From an uncultured bacterium (GTDB taxonomy: Bacteria; Bacteroidota; Ignavibacteria; UBA10030; BY39), in NCBI GenBank assembly GCA_937967455.1, contig CALCJK010000013.1, positions 6,302-70,301 of the forward strand: 64,000 bases of DNA, read 5' to 3'. Position 1 is the first letter of the stretch; the number at the start of each line of letters is the position of its first letter. Both the position numbers and the translations under genes were made by a program. Shown here in pieces: positions 62,015 to 64,000 of this stretch. Under the pieces are notes generated by a model. That model ran no database searches. It saw only the letters and a program-made list of their open reading frames with translations, and was not told where the DNA came from.

Positions 62015-62785
62015 TTGAGAGTTTCAAACTTGAATAAAGATATTTTAAAATTTTATTCCACATTTGTTAATGAGTATGATGATATTACAAGTTTTAATGA
62101 ACGCCTATCATCACAAAGTTTAATTATAGATAAGATAATTGAAAAATACAATATTAAAGAAGCGCTGGATGCTGGTTGTGGAACTGGTTTTTATTCAATT
62201 CTATTAGCGAAAGCCGGTGTAAAGGTAACAGCATTTGATGTTTCAAGTGAAATGGTAAATAAATTGATTCGTAATGCAAAAAAACTTGGTGTAAAAGTCA
62301 ATACACTTGTTTGCGATCTTTTGAATGTAGATAAAAATTTAAATAAAAAATTCGACGCAATATTTTGTCTTGGGAATACAATTCCGCACATATTGAAACC
62401 TTCTGAGTTATTCAGAGTGTACAAAAACTTTTTTAATTTATTAAAACCTAATGGAGTATTAATTATTCAACAATTAAATTATGATAGGATATTAAAGTAT
62501 AAAGAAAAGTTGCAAAACATTAAGACAATGAAAGATAAAGTTTATGTTCGCTTTTATGAATATGAAAAAGCATTGATAAATTTTTATATCTTGATGGTAA
62601 ATTTAAAAGAACCACAAAATAGTTTGTTGGGAAAAGTATTATTAAGACCTCATCTGGCGATTGAACATAAAAAATATTTGTTGAAAGTGGGATATCGGAA
62701 AATATATTTTAGTTCTGATCTTGGTATGGATCAGAAATATAATAAGTATAAATCGAAGGATTTAATAATTACGGCGATTCGTTAA
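62015..62785 (+). CDS. Class I SAM-dependent methyltransferase
   Basis: LDAGCGTG, FDAIFCLGNTIPH and LKPNG motifs. TTG start. Confidence 0.88.
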   Translation: MRVSNLNKDILKFYSTFVNEYDDITSFNERLSSQSLIIDKIIEKYNIKEALDAGCGTGFYSILLAKAGVKVTAFDVSSEMVNKLIRNAKKLGVKVNTLVCDLLNVDKNLNKKFDAIFCLGNTIPHILKPSELFRVYKNFFNLLKPNGVLIIQQLNYDRILKYKEKLQNIKTMKDKVYVRFYEYEKALINFYILMVNLKEPQNSLLGKVLLRPHLAIEHKKYLLKVGYRKIYFSSDLGMDQKYNKYKSKDLIITAIR

Positions 62786-62786
62786 T

Positions 62787-63005
62787 ATGAAAATAATTAA
62801 TGTAAAAGTCGTTGCCAATGCAAGGAAGGAAGAGGTTCAAGAGTTTAATGGAGGATTAAAGGTTTATGTAAAAGCACCTGCAGTTGAGGGAAAAGCGAAC
62901 CAGGCATTAATTGAAGTTTTAGCAAATTATTTTAATGTAAAGAAATCAAAGATTGAGATCGTGAAAGGGGAGAAATCGAAAGTAAAAAAAGTAATTGTAA
63001 AGTAA
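62787..63005 (+). CDS. DUF167 (YggU) family protein
   Basis: VKVVANA, APAVEGKAN and GEKSKVK motifs. Confidence 0.88.
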   Translation: MKIINVKVVANARKEEVQEFNGGLKVYVKAPAVEGKANQALIEVLANYFNVKKSKIEIVKGEKSKVKKVIVK

Positions 63006-63103
63006 AAAATGTGTTTTGATGCCTTTATTAAATTAACTATATTTGTACAGAAATCTTAAACATTTTTAATTAAATAACGATCAAAATTTTAGCATTTTGG
63101 GTT

Positions 63104-63859
63104 ATGAATAAATTATTTGATTTAACAGGAAAAGTTGCAATAGTAACTGGTGCAAGTACTGGTTTGGGATATGGAATGAGTATTGGCCTTGCTGAAGCTG
63201 GTGCAGATATTTTGCTTGTGGATATTGTACCGAGCACTGAGACAGAACAAGAAATATTAAAGCTTGGAAGAAAGGGATTTTCGATAATTGCTGATCTTGC
63301 GCAGATGAGTTCAATTGATTTAGTGATTAACAGTGCGTTGGATAAGTTTGGGAAAATCGATATTTTAGTAAACAACGCAGGAATTATTCGTCGTACTCCT
63401 GCTATCGATTTCACTGAGAAAGATTGGGATGAAGTAATGCAAATTAATTCGAAAGCTGTTTTTTTCCTGAGTCAGGCAGCTGCAAAAGATATGATTAAGA
63501 GAAAATCTGGGAAAATAATAAATATTGCTTCGCTGTTAAGTTTTCAAGGTGGTATTCTTGTTCCGTCATATTCTGCAAGCAAAGGTGCTGTTGCGCAGAT
63601 TACTAAAGCACTTGCAAATGAGTGGGCAAAATATGGTTTGAATATAAATGCGATTGCTCCGGGTTATATGGCAACAAATAATACTAAAGCTTTGCGTGAA
63701 GATCCAGTTCGTTCAAAACAAATCTTGGAAAGAATTCCAGCTGAGCGCTGGGGAACACCAGATGACCTGAAAGGAGCTGTTGTTTTTTTGGCTTCAAAAG
63801 CTTCTGATTATGTAAATGGACATATTCTGGTGGTTGATGGTGGTTGGCTGGCAAGATAA
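63104..63859 (+). CDS. kduD: 2-dehydro-3-deoxy-D-gluconate 5-dehydrogenase
   Basis: TGASTGLG, NNAGIIRR, SLLSFQGG, YSASK, APGYMATNNT..LR and VDGGWLAR motifs. Confidence 0.92.
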   Translation: MNKLFDLTGKVAIVTGASTGLGYGMSIGLAEAGADILLVDIVPSTETEQEILKLGRKGFSIIADLAQMSSIDLVINSALDKFGKIDILVNNAGIIRRTPAIDFTEKDWDEVMQINSKAVFFLSQAAAKDMIKRKSGKIINIASLLSFQGGILVPSYSASKGAVAQITKALANEWAKYGLNINAIAPGYMATNNTKALREDPVRSKQILERIPAERWGTPDDLKGAVVFLASKASDYVNGHILVVDGGWLAR

Positions 63860-63881
63860 AATTCAAAAATAGGAGAATGCA

Positions 63882-64000
63882 ATGAGTAAAGAAATTATAT
63901 TTAGAAATACTGCAAACCATAAAGGTAGAAAAATCATAATTACACCAGAAAATTCTATGCTTACAATTATGTCTGTTGGTAGAATTATAATGTACAAAGA
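63882..64000 (+). CDS. 5' part of a probable IolB/KduI-family uronate isomerase (truncated by window end)
   Basis: RBS AGGAG then MSKEIIFRNTANHKGRKIIITPENSMLTIMSVGRII, open to the window end. It follows kduD. Only about 39 codons are visible. Confidence 0.5.
   Translation, partial: MSKEIIFRNTANHKGRKIIITPENSMLTIMSVGRIIMYK

Noticed and set aside
62015..62785. Glycine/sarcosine N-methyltransferase for betaine synthesis
   Set aside because: The CLGN..H motif is shared by many class I methyltransferases, and there is no partner dimethylglycine methyltransferase nearby.

Overview
This is an AT-rich, gene-dense bacterial chromosome segment. It most likely comes from an Ignavibacteria-like member of the FCB group; this is inferred from a 'QNYPNPFN...GIYFY' T9SS-type C-terminal sorting domain, lipid A genes and clear AGGAG Shine-Dalgarno sites. 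Most of it is housekeeping: pyrF, dcd, ilvE, hutI/ftcd, trkAH, recG, gpsA, plsY, ispD, queA, ppdK, lpxK/lpxB, smc, rplU/rpmA, mdh, larE, dnaX, xerD and kduD. I found no rRNA, tRNA, CRISPR array, transposase or prophage. The most interesting signals are: (1) a four-gene operon of two Ddl-like ATP-grasp ligases, a GNAT acetyltransferase and a lysine-type KamA radical-SAM aminomutase, directly upstream of trkAH, which may make a beta-amino-acid peptide or osmolyte; (2) a compact ceramide-synthesis-like cluster (spt, bCerS-like GNAT, divergent CerR-like reductase) followed on the same strand by ilvE; (3) an ICMT/LmtA-like membrane methyltransferase translationally coupled to lpxB-lpxK; (4) an A9G slippery site in dnaX with an immediate -1 stop; (5) a membrane-anchored GH2 protein whose nucleophile appears to be lost; (6) a two-repeat Myb-like HTH gene leading the hut genes; (7) a small DpnA-like methylase/nuclease island followed by a structured intergenic element. 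All calls come from motif recognition by eye; no database searches were run.
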